From an uncultured Methylomirabilota bacterium (GTDB taxonomy: Bacteria; Methylomirabilota; Methylomirabilia; Methylomirabilales; 2-02-FULL-66-22): DNA of 64,000 nucleotides. Position 1 is the stretch's first letter, and each line of letters begins with the position of its first letter. The stretch lies in NCBI GenBank assembly GCA_963705305.1, contig OY970067.1, forward strand, positions 2,176,001 to 2,240,000. Direction: 5' to 3'. Below the pieces are notes generated by a model. That model searched no databases. It was not told where the DNA came from and saw only the letters and a program-made list of their open reading frames with translations. The position numbers were made by a program, and so were the translations under genes. Below, in pieces: positions 26,356-35,690 of the stretch.

Positions 26356-26395
26356 TTGACAGGCGACTGGCATTGGAGTAACTTGTATTGTACAA
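26356..26395 (+). promoter_or_regulatory. marR promoter with overlapping operator
   Basis: TTGACA-N17-TAACTT, followed and overlapped by palindrome TTGTA-TTG-TACAA (26383-26395). Confidence 0.7.
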
Positions 26396-26422
26396 ATATA
26401 ACTCAAGGAACGGCTAGGATTC

Positions 26423-26881
26423 ATGCTGACCCTGGATGAAGGGGCCGAGAGGCTCCACCGATTGACTAAGGAACTCATACGACGCTACCAGTTTCGCGAC
26501 TGGAACCAGGTGTGCTGCTACGGGATCACGATCAGCCAGAGCCACATCCTGGACGTGCTGGCGGAGGATGGGGATCTGACGATGCAGCGGCTGGCCCGAC
26601 GGATGTTCAAGTCCGTCAGCACGATGACGCGCGTCGCCGGGCAGCTGGTGCGCAAAGGGCACATCAAGCGGCGGCCGGATCCCGAGGACCGGCGGGTTGT
26701 GCACGTATCCATCACACCGCAGGGGAAGGCCGTCCTGGCCGCCATTCATCGGGACATGGTGGAGAGCCAGAAGGCTATCTTGCAGTCGATCCCGGCGGAT
26801 CAATGGGCGGGCGCCTTCACGATCCTCGATGCGCTGGTCCAGGGCGCACAGCGATGGCAAGACGCGTGCCGCAGTGGCTGA
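26423..26881 (+). CDS. MarR family regulator with vicinal Cys pair (arsenic-associated type)
   Basis: QVCCYGITISQ, KSVSTMTR, DPEDRRVV, C-terminal Cys; directly upstream of arsM. Confidence 0.88.
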   Translation: MLTLDEGAERLHRLTKELIRRYQFRDWNQVCCYGITISQSHILDVLAEDGDLTMQRLARRMFKSVSTMTRVAGQLVRKGHIKRRPDPEDRRVVHVSITPQGKAVLAAIHRDMVESQKAILQSIPADQWAGAFTILDALVQGAQRWQDACRSG

Positions 26882-26900
26882 GCTTCTTTTCTTTATATGT

Positions 26901-26913
26901 TTGTATTGTACAA
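26901..26913. promoter_or_regulatory. Second copy of the marR operator palindrome
   Basis: TTGTATTGTACAA, identical to 26383-26395. Confidence 0.7.
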
Positions 26914-26962
26914 TTACTACTTGTGTTTGCCGGTCATCCAATCCAAGGAGGCTGCTGTGAGC

Positions 26963-28308
26963 ATGAATACGCCGGATGAGCAGGAAATCAAAGAGGCGGT
27001 CAGGGCCGGTACGCCAGGGCCATCCAGCGGCAGGGATCCTGCTGCGGACCGTCGCCCGCCCAGCCGCTGCAAATTACCGGTTCCTGTTGCGGACCGGAGA
27101 TTGTCGCGGCGAAGGGGAATTTTGCCAAGGTCGCCGGCTACGGCCCGGACGAGCTGAGCCGGCTGCCGGCGGACGCCGTCGAGAACTCCTTCGGCTGCGG
27201 AAACCCGCTGGCGTTCGCGGCGGTCCAGCCGGGCCAGGTGGTCCTGGACATCGGCTCGGGGGCGGGGATCGACTGCTTCATCGCTGCGGAGAAGGTGGGG
27301 CCAACCGGCTGGGTCATTGGCCTGGACATGACGCCGGAAATGATCGGTCGCGCCAGCCAGAATGCCAGGGAGGCCGGGATCACCAACGTCGAGTTCCGTC
27401 TCGGTGAGGCGGAGAAGATGCCGGTCGAGGATGCCTCGGTGGACTGGCTCATCTCGAATTGCGTGATCAACCTCAGTCCGGACAAGCCGGCGGTGTTCCG
27501 CGAGATCGTGCGGGTCCTCAGGCCCGGGGGACGAATCTCCATCTCCGACATCGTGGCGGCAGAGTTGCCCGAGGCCGTCCGGCAAAGCCGGGATGCCTGG
27601 ACCGGCTGCCTCGCTGGCGCCATCGACGAGGGGGCCTATGCCACGGGACTCGAAACGGCGGGCCTGCGGGACGTCCGGGTGACCGCCCGGACCGTCTACG
27701 ACGCGAGCCAGCTCCGGGGGTTGTTCGCCAGCACCTGCTGCAGTGTGGGCGACGAGGCCGGAGGCAACGTGGAAAGCCTGGCCGAGGCTGCGGCAGGAAA
27801 GATCTGGAGTGCGCGGTTCGAGGGGGTGAAGCCGCAGCCGGCGTCCGTGGCTACCGAGGTTGCGATCGGGCCTGCGCGGGCAAACGATCTGCCGTCCATC
27901 GAACGGCTGCTGACCGAGGCCGGCCTCCCCACGGATGTCCGATCGCATCTCTCGGCGTTTTTGGTGGCGCGGCGTCGCGGTAAGGTCGTGGGGAGCATCG
28001 GCATGGAGGTTCTGGGGGCGAATGCCCTGTTCCGGTCTCTGGTGGTCTCTCCGGCCTTCCGGGGTGCAGGCACGGGGCGGCGGCTCTTTGACGCCTTGGT
28101 GCGTAAGGCGCGGGATAGCGGCGTCGAACGGGCGTACCTGTTGACAACCACCGTCGCCGGCCTGGCGGAGTCGTGGGGATTCAAGCGCATCGCCCGGGAC
28201 GAGGTGCCGGGGGCCATCCGGGAGACGACCCAGTTCCAGGGCGCCTGCTGCGCCTCGGCGATTGCCATGTGGCTGGACCTGCGGTCGGAGGACGCGATGG
28301 GCGAGTGA
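26963..28308 (+). pseudogene. arsM: Arsenite methyltransferase (ArsM) fused to ArsN2-like GNAT acetyltransferase; apparent 1-nt deletion near 27003-27007
   Basis: IKEAVR, frame break, then RYARA..SCCG..SFGCGNP..VLDIGSGAG..ISNCVINL..GCLAGA; C-terminal AGLP..LFRSLVV..YLLTTT..QF..CCASA. Confidence 0.8.
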
Positions 28309-28573
28309 TGGTCCCGACGGGAATCCCGCCAGCGGGGCCGCACCGAGGCGTCGCCTGACCCCCGGATTGTCAGGGAACAGGGAGAAAGTCACGCAGGACC
28401 TGGGCAGAAGACGACGCACCTGCTACTATCATCTTGACCGCGGGGGAAGGGGAGCTGCCGGGAGCGCTCGAGGGGTGGTTCGCCCCCGGTCGGACGAAAA
28501 GTCCATCTCCCGGGGCCTGGAATGATCGGAGGTCTCCCGGCCTGAGATCGCGACAGACGGGTGGAGGCTTGCC

Positions 28574-29473
28574 ATGATCGGCATACCGCTTCTTGACATC
28601 GAGGGGCTGACGCTCCGGCGCGCCGGCCGCGAGGTTCTGCGCCGCGTGGGATTGAAGGTCGGCGAGGGGGAGATTCACGGCCTCCTGGGACTGAACGGCT
28701 CGGGGAAGAGCAGCCTCGCCTACACGCTGATGGGATGCTCCGGATACCGGCCGGACAGCGGCTCGATCCGCTTTGCCGACAAAGATCTGGCCGGCACGGG
28801 TATCACGGAGCGGGCGCGCCTGGGCCTCACCCTGGCGTGGCAGGAGCCGGCGCGGATCGAGGGGCTGACGGTCGAAGCGTACCTGGTTGCGGGGATGAAG
28901 GAGCGCCGGGAGGACCGGATGCAGGTCGCCCTGGAGGCCGTCGGCCTTCCGCCCGCCCGCTACATCCGGCGGACATTGAACAGCAGCCTGTCGGGCGGCG
29001 AGCGCAAGCGAATCGAGCTGGCGGCCATCTATGCCATGCGGCCCCGGCTGGCCATCCTGGACGAGCCGGATTCCGGCATCGACGTCCTCTCCCTCGGGGA
29101 CATCACGGCGCTCATTCGCCGGATGGCGGCCGAGGGAACGGCCATCCTGGTGATCACCCACCGGGACGAGCTGGCCGAGGCGTGCGACGTGGCCTCCCTG
29201 ATGTGCGAGGGAACGGTGACGCAGACCGGCGAGCCGGGCGTCGTGCGCGAGCACTATCGCAGCCGGTGCCGGCCGTGCGACGCCCTGCTGGGCCGCCTAG
29301 GGCCGGACCGCGCCCCCGAGGCCGAGGCCGTCGGCGTCCGCCAGGCGGGTTCCGGAGGGGGGAGCGATCATGAGCGACTTCGAAGCCATGGCAGCCGCCT
29401 ACGCCCAGGCCGGCGGCAATCCGAGCCTCCTGGTCCTTCCCACGGCTGCCAGCATGGTGGTCAGCGGGAATAA
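28574..29473 (+). CDS. sufC: SufC/SmsC-like ABC ATPase
   Basis: GLNGSGKS, AWQEP, LSGGERKRIE, LDEPDSGID, ITH, C-terminal CRPC. Confidence 0.85.
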   Translation: MIGIPLLDIEGLTLRRAGREVLRRVGLKVGEGEIHGLLGLNGSGKSSLAYTLMGCSGYRPDSGSIRFADKDLAGTGITERARLGLTLAWQEPARIEGLTVEAYLVAGMKERREDRMQVALEAVGLPPARYIRRTLNSSLSGGERKRIELAAIYAMRPRLAILDEPDSGIDVLSLGDITALIRRMAAEGTAILVITHRDELAEACDVASLMCEGTVTQTGEPGVVREHYRSRCRPCDALLGRLGPDRAPEAEAVGVRQAGSGGGSDHERLRSHGSRLRPGRRQSEPPGPSHGCQHGGQRE

Positions 29474-30308
29474 GGTGCTGAACGCGCGCACCGTTCCAGG
29501 CATCGAGTTCGCGTCGGAGGAGCTGCCGCAGGGCATCAAGGCCACGATCCGGGTCCTGCCCCGGACGCGCCTGGCCGAGCCGGTCCACCTATGCTTCGGC
29601 GTGCTGCCGGAGCGGGGCGTGCAGGAAATTGTCGCCAGCTACGAAGTGGGCGAGGATGCCGACGTGGCGTTCCTGGCCCACTGCACGTTCCCGAATGCCG
29701 TGGAGGTCCGCCACGTCATGGATGCCACGATCCACGTCGGTCGGGGCGCCACGCTGCGCTACACCGAGGCGCACTTCCACGGGCCGACCGGGGGCGTCGA
29801 GGTGCTGCCGACCGCCCGGGTGGTGGTGGACAGCGGCGGGCGCTTCCTGACGACGTTCAGCCTGGTCAAGGGACGGGTCGGCACGATGGCTCTGGATTAC
29901 GCGGTGGATGTGGCCGAGGGGGGGATCGCCGAGCTGACCACCCGGGTTCTGGGCTCCGGCCAGGATCGGATCAAGGTGGCGGAGACCATCCGCCTGAACG
30001 GCTCCGGCGCCCGGGGACTGGCCAAGGCCCGGCTGGCCCTCGCCGGCGAGGCGCGCGGCGAGGTGATCGGGACGACCGAAGGGAACGCCCCGGAGACGAG
30101 GGGGCATATCGACTGCATCGAAATCGTGCGCGACCGCGCCCTGGCCAGCGCCATTCCCATCGTCCGCGTGTCAAATCCTACGGCACAGGTGACCCATGAG
30201 GCGGCCATCGGAACCGTGAACCGGAAGGAACTCGAGACGCTCATGGCGCGTGGCCTGGACGAGGCTGCGGCGGTGGATACGATCGTCCGGGGGATGCTGG
30301 GGGCGTAG
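29370..30308 (+). CDS. SufBD/SmsB-like Fe-S scaffold
   Basis: PVHLCFG, HCTFPNA, RGHIDCIEIV, VTHEAAIG, LMARGL. Confidence 0.88.
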   Translation: MSDFEAMAAAYAQAGGNPSLLVLPTAASMVVSGNKVLNARTVPGIEFASEELPQGIKATIRVLPRTRLAEPVHLCFGVLPERGVQEIVASYEVGEDADVAFLAHCTFPNAVEVRHVMDATIHVGRGATLRYTEAHFHGPTGGVEVLPTARVVVDSGGRFLTTFSLVKGRVGTMALDYAVDVAEGGIAELTTRVLGSGQDRIKVAETIRLNGSGARGLAKARLALAGEARGEVIGTTEGNAPETRGHIDCIEIVRDRALASAIPIVRVSNPTAQVTHEAAIGTVNRKELETLMARGLDEAAAVDTIVRGMLGA

Positions 30309-30335
30309 CGCTAACCCTCTGATCCATTTCACGGT

Positions 30336-30459
30336 CTGGACCCCGGCTTTCGCCGGGGTGACGACAGGCCGTCTGGACCCCGGCCGTCATTCCGGCGGAA
30401 GCCGGAATCCAGTCGAGCCGCGATCTTGGACCCCGGCGAGAGCCGAGGCCGGTGTGACG
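30336..30459. repeat. Cluster of REP/RIME-like palindromes in alternating orientation
   Basis: CTGGACCCCGGCTTTCGCCGGGGTGACG (30336-30363), CGTCATTCCGGCGGAAGCCGGAATCCAG (30385-30412) and a degenerate third unit (30426-30459), between convergent genes. Confidence 0.8.
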
Positions 30460-30600
30460 AGACGCCAAGGGATTTTCGAACCAGTCCGGTAGAGAATTCC
30501 GGTCGTAAGAAGCGGCCCGTTGCGAGAAAAGAAGAGGGAAGGAGGCGAGCCTCCTTCCCTCTTCGTATGTGAACAGCTCCCCTCCGTCTCGATTTGGCCT

Positions 30601-31077
30601 TCACGCCACCTCGACTTTGATGGCCTTGGGCTTGGCCTCTTCCTTCTTCGGGAGCTGAATCTCCAGAACGCCGTCCCGGTAGGTGGCCTTCACCCGACCG
30701 GCATCCACCATGGAGGGCAGCAGGATGCTCCGCTCGAACTTGCCGTAGCTCCGCTCGACGCGGTGGTACTGATCCTCGTTGACCTCCTTTTCGAGCTTCC
30801 GCTCGCCTTTCAGGGTCAGCGTGTCGCCCTCGATGGACACCTGGATGTCTTCCTGCTTGATGCCGGGAAGCTCCGCCACGAGCACCAGGCTGTCCTTGGT
30901 CTCGTGGACGTCCACCAGCGGGCTCCACATGGACTCGGTGGCGGCCATCCGGAACGGGGTCTGGCCGAAGAAATCGCCGAAAACGTGATCCATCTCCCGC
31001 CGAAGGTCAGCCACCTCTGCAAAGGGATCCCACCGATTCACCGAGGCCATTCGCGGCTTCCATCTCTCGAGAAACAT
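30601..31077 (-). CDS. Hsp20/alpha-crystallin small heat shock protein
   Basis: WDPF, PLVDVHET, ELPG, ERSYGKFERS, YRDGVLEI; SD AAGGAGGT. Confidence 0.93.
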   Translation of the reverse strand: MFLERWKPRMASVNRWDPFAEVADLRREMDHVFGDFFGQTPFRMAATESMWSPLVDVHETKDSLVLVAELPGIKQEDIQVSIEGDTLTLKGERKLEKEVNEDQYHRVERSYGKFERSILLPSMVDAGRVKATYRDGVLEIQLPKKEEAKPKAIKVEVA

Positions 31078-31183
31078 CTGACGTTACCTCCTTTTGTCGA
31101 TTTCGATGCAGCCTGGATTTTTTCGTTTTCCAGGCAGTCATTGTCCTCGATCACCCATTTACGCTATACCATGAACGCTTATG

Positions 31184-31213
31184 TTTATATTACATGAGCC
31201 GACTATTGTCAAG
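31184..31213 (-). promoter_or_regulatory. hsp20 promoter with HAIR-like operator
   Basis: Minus-strand TTGACA-N17-TATAAA; CATGAGC-N7-TGTCAAG matches 10/14 of CTTGAGT-N7-ACTCAAG. Confidence 0.55.
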
Positions 31214-31318
31214 TATCTAATAAAAAAATTCACACACTTATAAATGGTTTATTTTTAATAATTTATACACTGTATGCTTGTTTATGAATGTATTCGAGCA
31301 GACAACTTCAGGAAAATG

Positions 31319-32053
31319 CTACCGGCCACTTTCGAGGATAAGAAGCCCTGAGGAAGCATCCAGCCCAACCCGAAACCGCATGAGATAACTCAATCCGAGC
31401 AAGCCGATAACGTCAGGAGGGGAGGAGGGCAGGTCCAGGATCACGACCGGGACATATCGAGCCACCGCGCCGCCAACGTCCAATTCTTCCAGCAATCCCA
31501 GAGGGGCCTCAACAAGGCCGGTGACCGTCCGCAGCGTAACCCGGCTCTGGCTCTCGGACACGCCCAGCCGGTCGGCCGCCGAGCGGTTGAGCGCCACATA
31601 GGTGGCCCCGGTATCGAGGATGAAGTAGCCGAGCGCCCCCCCATTGACGCGTCCAGGAACGAGAATGGCGGTCCCTCGGGATTGAAATGGAACGGAGACG
31701 GTCAGGCGGGCGGGCTCGCCCTGCGCCGTCAAGGCCTGCTGCGCATCGCGAGCCCGCGCAGAGCCCGGGGCCACATCGAGGATCCGGCGGTAGATGGTGA
31801 CTGATCCGGCCAAGTCTCCCAATTGCCGGTACGACTCGGCGAGGTACCATAAGGCCTCGGGGTTGCGGGGGGATCGCGCAACCGCCTCGCTGAGCTTCTC
31901 CAGCGCCCAGCGGTAGTGGCCGCTCTGGTAGAGATCGACTCCCTCCTCGAATTCCCCCGCGACCGCATGCGCGGCCGGAAGGCCCAACCCGCAGAGGAGA
32001 GCCGCCGCCAGAAGAAGGTGTCGGAATACCGTGGAGCGGACGCTGCGTCCCAT
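31319..32053 (-). CDS. Exported TPR plus retropepsin-like aspartic protease
   Basis: Signal peptide, TPR helices, FILDTGAT and GLLGLSYL. Confidence 0.82.
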   Translation of the reverse strand: MGRSVRSTVFRHLLLAAALLCGLGLPAAHAVAGEFEEGVDLYQSGHYRWALEKLSEAVARSPRNPEALWYLAESYRQLGDLAGSVTIYRRILDVAPGSARARDAQQALTAQGEPARLTVSVPFQSRGTAILVPGRVNGGALGYFILDTGATYVALNRSAADRLGVSESQSRVTLRTVTGLVEAPLGLLEELDVGGAVARYVPVVILDLPSSPPDVIGLLGLSYLMRFRVGLDASSGLLILESGR

Positions 32054-32074
32054 CGCCTCGCTCCGCAATCGAGC

Positions 32075-32413
32075 TCAGGAAGATTCCTCCGACCCCGTGT
32101 GGCCGGACGCCCCCCCGGCGGTGTCGGAGCGCTGCGAGTCCGGCCGGGCGGCCCTGGCCTCCTCGATTGCCACCCGGACGGCGGGAGGCAAGAAAATACC
32201 CTCCAGGTCGAAGGCGCCGATTCCCTCGGCCAGCAGGCGGGCTTTCTCGCGCGAGGTGAGGGAGCGTTCGATGATGATGCGCCGCTCGCCGTAGATGACG
32301 CACAGGCCGCCCCGCCCAGGCAATTCCTCGGTGGCGAGGGCGGCGTAGCTCACGGGAATCTGCAGCCGCTCGGCCAGGCCTTCCAGCAGCATCAGCAGCG
32401 CCTCGGCATCCAT
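32075..32413 (-). CDS. Hypothetical protein
   Basis: Globular-looking LEGLAERLQIPV..GGLCVIYGERRIII..IFLPPAVR; SD GAGGGG; co-oriented with neighbours. Confidence 0.65.
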   Translation of the reverse strand: MDAEALLMLLEGLAERLQIPVSYAALATEELPGRGGLCVIYGERRIIIERSLTSREKARLLAEGIGAFDLEGIFLPPAVRVAIEEARAARPDSQRSDTAGGASGHTGSEESS

Positions 32414-32536
32414 GTCCCCTCGCAGGGGCCTCGCCCCGGCGCGCCCGTCACACCAGGCGCGGATCCCGGCGGCGGGCCGCAGCCGCGATCGGCCCCGCGG
32501 ACGCATCCGAGGCCTGCCGGAAGGGGCCGCCCGGCA

Positions 32537-33376
32537 TCACTCCGCCCGCAGCGCCTCGGCCACGCGGACGGCATCGCGGGTGGGACCCACGTCGTGCGTC
32601 CGGATCAGATGGGCCCCGTTCAGCACGGCCACCGCCGTGGCCGCCAACGAGCCCGCCAAACGATCCGCCGGATCCGACTTCCCCAAGAGCTTGCCGAGGA
32701 AGGACTTGCGGGAGAGGCCCACCCCGATCGGATGGCCCAGCGTCGCCAACTCCCGCAGCTCCCGCAAGATGGTGCAATCCCACGCATCCCACGGGAGGAA
32801 TGCCGAGCGAAAGAAGCCGATGCCCGGATCCAGCACCACCCGATGCGGGGGAACCCCGGCCCGCCAGGTGATCTTCAGGCTCTCCTCCCAGAGGCCGCGC
32901 ACCGTCCGAATCGGGTCCTGGGCGGAAGCGGTTAATTCCGCCGCCATGAGGATCACCCCCTGCGCCCGCCTGGCCGCCAGCTCCGCCATCTCCGGACTGT
33001 GCCGGAAGCCGGTCACGTCGTTGATCACCTGGGCGCCGGCGTCCAGGGCCGCCAGCGCCACCCGGCTGCGCCAGGTGTCGGCCGAGATGGGGACACTCAC
33101 GGATTTCCGGGCCGCGCCGATTGCCGCGACCAGCCGCCGCGTCTCCTCCGCCTCGTCGATGGCGGTCTCCAGGTAGGGGGCGCTGGACATTCCGCCGATG
33201 TCCAGGCAGTCCGCCCCCTCCCCCACCATGCGCTCCGCCTGTTCGCGGACGGCGCTCTCGCCGTCCGCGAACGAGCCCCGGTAAAACGATTCGGGGCTCA
33301 CGTTGATGACCCCCAGGATACGGACGGGAAATCCGTCGCCAAGCTCCAGACCCGCCAGGTTCGCGTACGCGGTCAT
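32537..33376 (-). CDS. folP: Dihydropteroate synthase
   Basis: GVINVSPESF, LDIGG, SADT, INDVTG, LDPGIGF, GLSRKSF, IRTHDV. Confidence 0.9.
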   Translation of the reverse strand: MTAYANLAGLELGDGFPVRILGVINVSPESFYRGSFADGESAVREQAERMVGEGADCLDIGGMSSAPYLETAIDEAEETRRLVAAIGAARKSVSVPISADTWRSRVALAALDAGAQVINDVTGFRHSPEMAELAARRAQGVILMAAELTASAQDPIRTVRGLWEESLKITWRAGVPPHRVVLDPGIGFFRSAFLPWDAWDCTILRELRELATLGHPIGVGLSRKSFLGKLLGKSDPADRLAGSLAATAVAVLNGAHLIRTHDVGPTRDAVRVAEALRAE

Positions 33377-33491
33377 GGGGCCCCTCCCCAAGACTGCAGG
33401 GGTCTTCCGGCCGTGCGGGAGCCTGTGCCGGTCAAAAGGGAACGGCGCCGCAGCCGTCCGGGCGCCGTCGGGCAGGCGGGGGAGCAACCCG

Positions 33492-34289
33492 TCATGCCGG
33501 CTTCTTCTCCCCGATGATCGATCGCATCATCTCGATCGGCAGCGGGAAGACGATGACGGAATTCTTCTCGGTCCCGATCTCGGACAGCGTCTGGAGGTAC
33601 CGGAGCTGGATAGTGATGGGCTCCGAGGCGATGACGTGCGCTGCCTGGGCCAGTTTCTCCGACGCCATCAGCTCGCCCTCGGCGTGGATGATCTTAGCGC
33701 GCTTTTCCCGCTCCGCCTCGGCCTGCCTGGCCATGGCCCGCTGCATCTCCTGGGGGAGGTCGATGAACTTCACCTCCACGGCGGTCACTTTGATCCCCCA
33801 GGGTCCGGTGTGCTCGTCGATGATCCGCTGGAGCTTCTGGTTGATCTTGTCCCGCTCGGAAAGGAGTTCGTCCAGTTCGGACTGGCCCAGGACGCTGCGC
33901 AAGGTGGTCTGGGCGATCTGCGAGGTGGCGAACAGGTAGTCCTCCACGGCCACCACGGCCCGCTCCGGGTCCATCACGCGGAAATAGATGACGGCGTTCA
34001 CCTTGAGCGAGACGTTATCCTTGGTGATGGTGTCCTGCGAGGGGACATCCATGGCCACGGTGCGAAGCGTGACCTTCACCATCTTGTCGATGATGGGGAG
34101 GAGCAGGATCAGGCCGGGACCGTTGCCGCTTCCGCCCGGGTTGAGGATGGCCTTGGAGAGGCGGCCGAGGCGGAAGATGACGGCGCGCTCGTACTCGCGC
34201 AGCACCTTCACCGAGCTGGCGAAGATGTAGAGGAAGATGATGAGGAGGAAAATCATCGGCACAATGGCGGCTGGCAAGAGCGTAGTCAT
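33492..34289 (-). CDS. SPFH/stomatin-like (slipin) protein
   Basis: [47 protein letters not shown]. Confidence 0.93.
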   Translation of the reverse strand: MTTLLPAAIVPMIFLLIIFLYIFASSVKVLREYERAVIFRLGRLSKAILNPGGSGNGPGLILLLPIIDKMVKVTLRTVAMDVPSQDTITKDNVSLKVNAVIYFRVMDPERAVVAVEDYLFATSQIAQTTLRSVLGQSELDELLSERDKINQKLQRIIDEHTGPWGIKVTAVEVKFIDLPQEMQRAMARQAEAEREKRAKIIHAEGELMASEKLAQAAHVIASEPITIQLRYLQTLSEIGTEKNSVIVFPLPIEMMRSIIGEKKPA

Positions 34290-35641
34290 ACTGGCCTCCC
34301 CGAGGTGACGGAATTGGATGCTGTATCGGTGGCACGCTCCACCGGGATGACCGTCAGCGTGAGCCCGTCCACGGCCATCACCCGGACGGATGCCCCGGGA
34401 TCGATCGGGAGCTCGCTCACGGCGTTCCACAGCTCGCCGTGGAGGAAGATCTGCCCGCGCGGCTCCAGGCGGCTGCGCACGACCGCGATCTCCCCGATCA
34501 GGCCGTCCATGCCCGTGGACGTCTTGCTGAACAGGGCCCGCACCCCGGCCCCCACCACGAAGACGAAGAAGCCGGCGGTCGCGAGGGCGGTCACCAAGAT
34601 GGCGGAGATGGAGATCTGCATGTAGGGCGCGGGACTGTTGATGAGCATCATGGAGCCGAGGATCATAGCCGCGATGCCGCCCAGGGTCAGGACGCCATGG
34701 GAGAGTATCTTGATCTCGGCGATGAACAGCACGATGGCCAAGAGGATCAGCAGCACCCCGGCGTAGTTGATGGGCAGCTGCTGGAAGGCAAACAGCGCCA
34801 GGATCAGACTGATCCCACCGAGGACGCCCGGCAGGATGGCGCCGGGGGTGGTGAACTCGAAATACAGCCCGGCCAGGCCCAGGATCAGGAGCAGGTAGGC
34901 CATGGTGGGATCGGTGATGATCTTCAGGACCTGATCCCGCAGCGTCATGCCTTCGCTCCGGATGACGGCATCCTTGGTGTGGAGGGTGACTGTGCCGGCC
35001 GCCGTGGTGACGACGCGGCCGTCGATCGTCTGGAGCAGATCCGTGAGGCTGGGGCTCACCAGATCGATGAGCTTGACCTTCAGCGCCTCTTCATCCGTGA
35101 TGGACGTCGCCTTGCGCACCCACTCCTCGGCCAGGTTCACGGGCCGGCCGCGCTTCTGGGCGATCGTCCGCATATAGGCCGCCGCGTCGTTCATCACCTT
35201 CCGCTCCATGGTCTTGCCCATCTCCCCGCCGATGGCGACGGGCGAGGCGGCCCCGATGTTGGTGCTGGGGGCCATGGCGGCGATATTGGCGGCCATGGTG
35301 ATGAAGGCGCCGGCGGAGGCGGCCCGGGCGCCGCTAGGGGAGACGTAGACCACGATGGGCAGCCTGGCCGCCAGCATCTCCTTGATGATGGCCCGCATGG
35401 AGGTGTCCAGGCCTCCGGGGGTATCCAGCTGGATCACCAGAGCGGCGGCGTTGTCCTTTTCCGCGCCCTGAATGGCCGAGATCACATAGTCGGCGGCCCC
35501 GGAGGAGATCACCCCGTCCACGCGGATGACATGGATCACGGGGGTGGAGGCGAGGGCGGCAGGGCAGGTCGAGCCGATGAGCAGCAGGCCGGCGATGAAA
35601 CCGGCGAGGCGCGATACGCTTCTCATCGGAGTCGCAGGCAT
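34286..35641 (-). CDS. nfeD: NfeD long form (ClpP-like protease, TM and OB domains)
   Basis: LDTPGG, RAASAG, NIGAASP, TM block, GELWNA; paired with the SPFH gene. Confidence 0.9.
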   Translation of the reverse strand: MPATPMRSVSRLAGFIAGLLLIGSTCPAALASTPVIHVIRVDGVISSGAADYVISAIQGAEKDNAAALVIQLDTPGGLDTSMRAIIKEMLAARLPIVVYVSPSGARAASAGAFITMAANIAAMAPSTNIGAASPVAIGGEMGKTMERKVMNDAAAYMRTIAQKRGRPVNLAEEWVRKATSITDEEALKVKLIDLVSPSLTDLLQTIDGRVVTTAAGTVTLHTKDAVIRSEGMTLRDQVLKIITDPTMAYLLLILGLAGLYFEFTTPGAILPGVLGGISLILALFAFQQLPINYAGVLLILLAIVLFIAEIKILSHGVLTLGGIAAMILGSMMLINSPAPYMQISISAILVTALATAGFFVFVVGAGVRALFSKTSTGMDGLIGEIAVVRSRLEPRGQIFLHGELWNAVSELPIDPGASVRVMAVDGLTLTVIPVERATDTASNSVTSGRPV

Positions 35642-35690
35642 GGAGTGTCCTCGGCTCCCGTGTCTGGTGTGCAGGCTCGCCTACTTCTCA

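Noticed and set aside
18893..28308. Selenocysteine recoding in HdrA, MvhD, DsrE or ArsM
   Set aside because: No in-frame TGA at Cys positions; the arsM break is a frameshift, not a stop.
28490..28505. GGACGAAA as part of a hammerhead ribozyme
   Set aside because: The CUGANGA core is absent.
33380..33490. Folate-related riboswitch before folP (also checked before glyA)
   Set aside because: No THF or ZTP consensus seen; only a terminator-like hairpin here, and the MITE before glyA.
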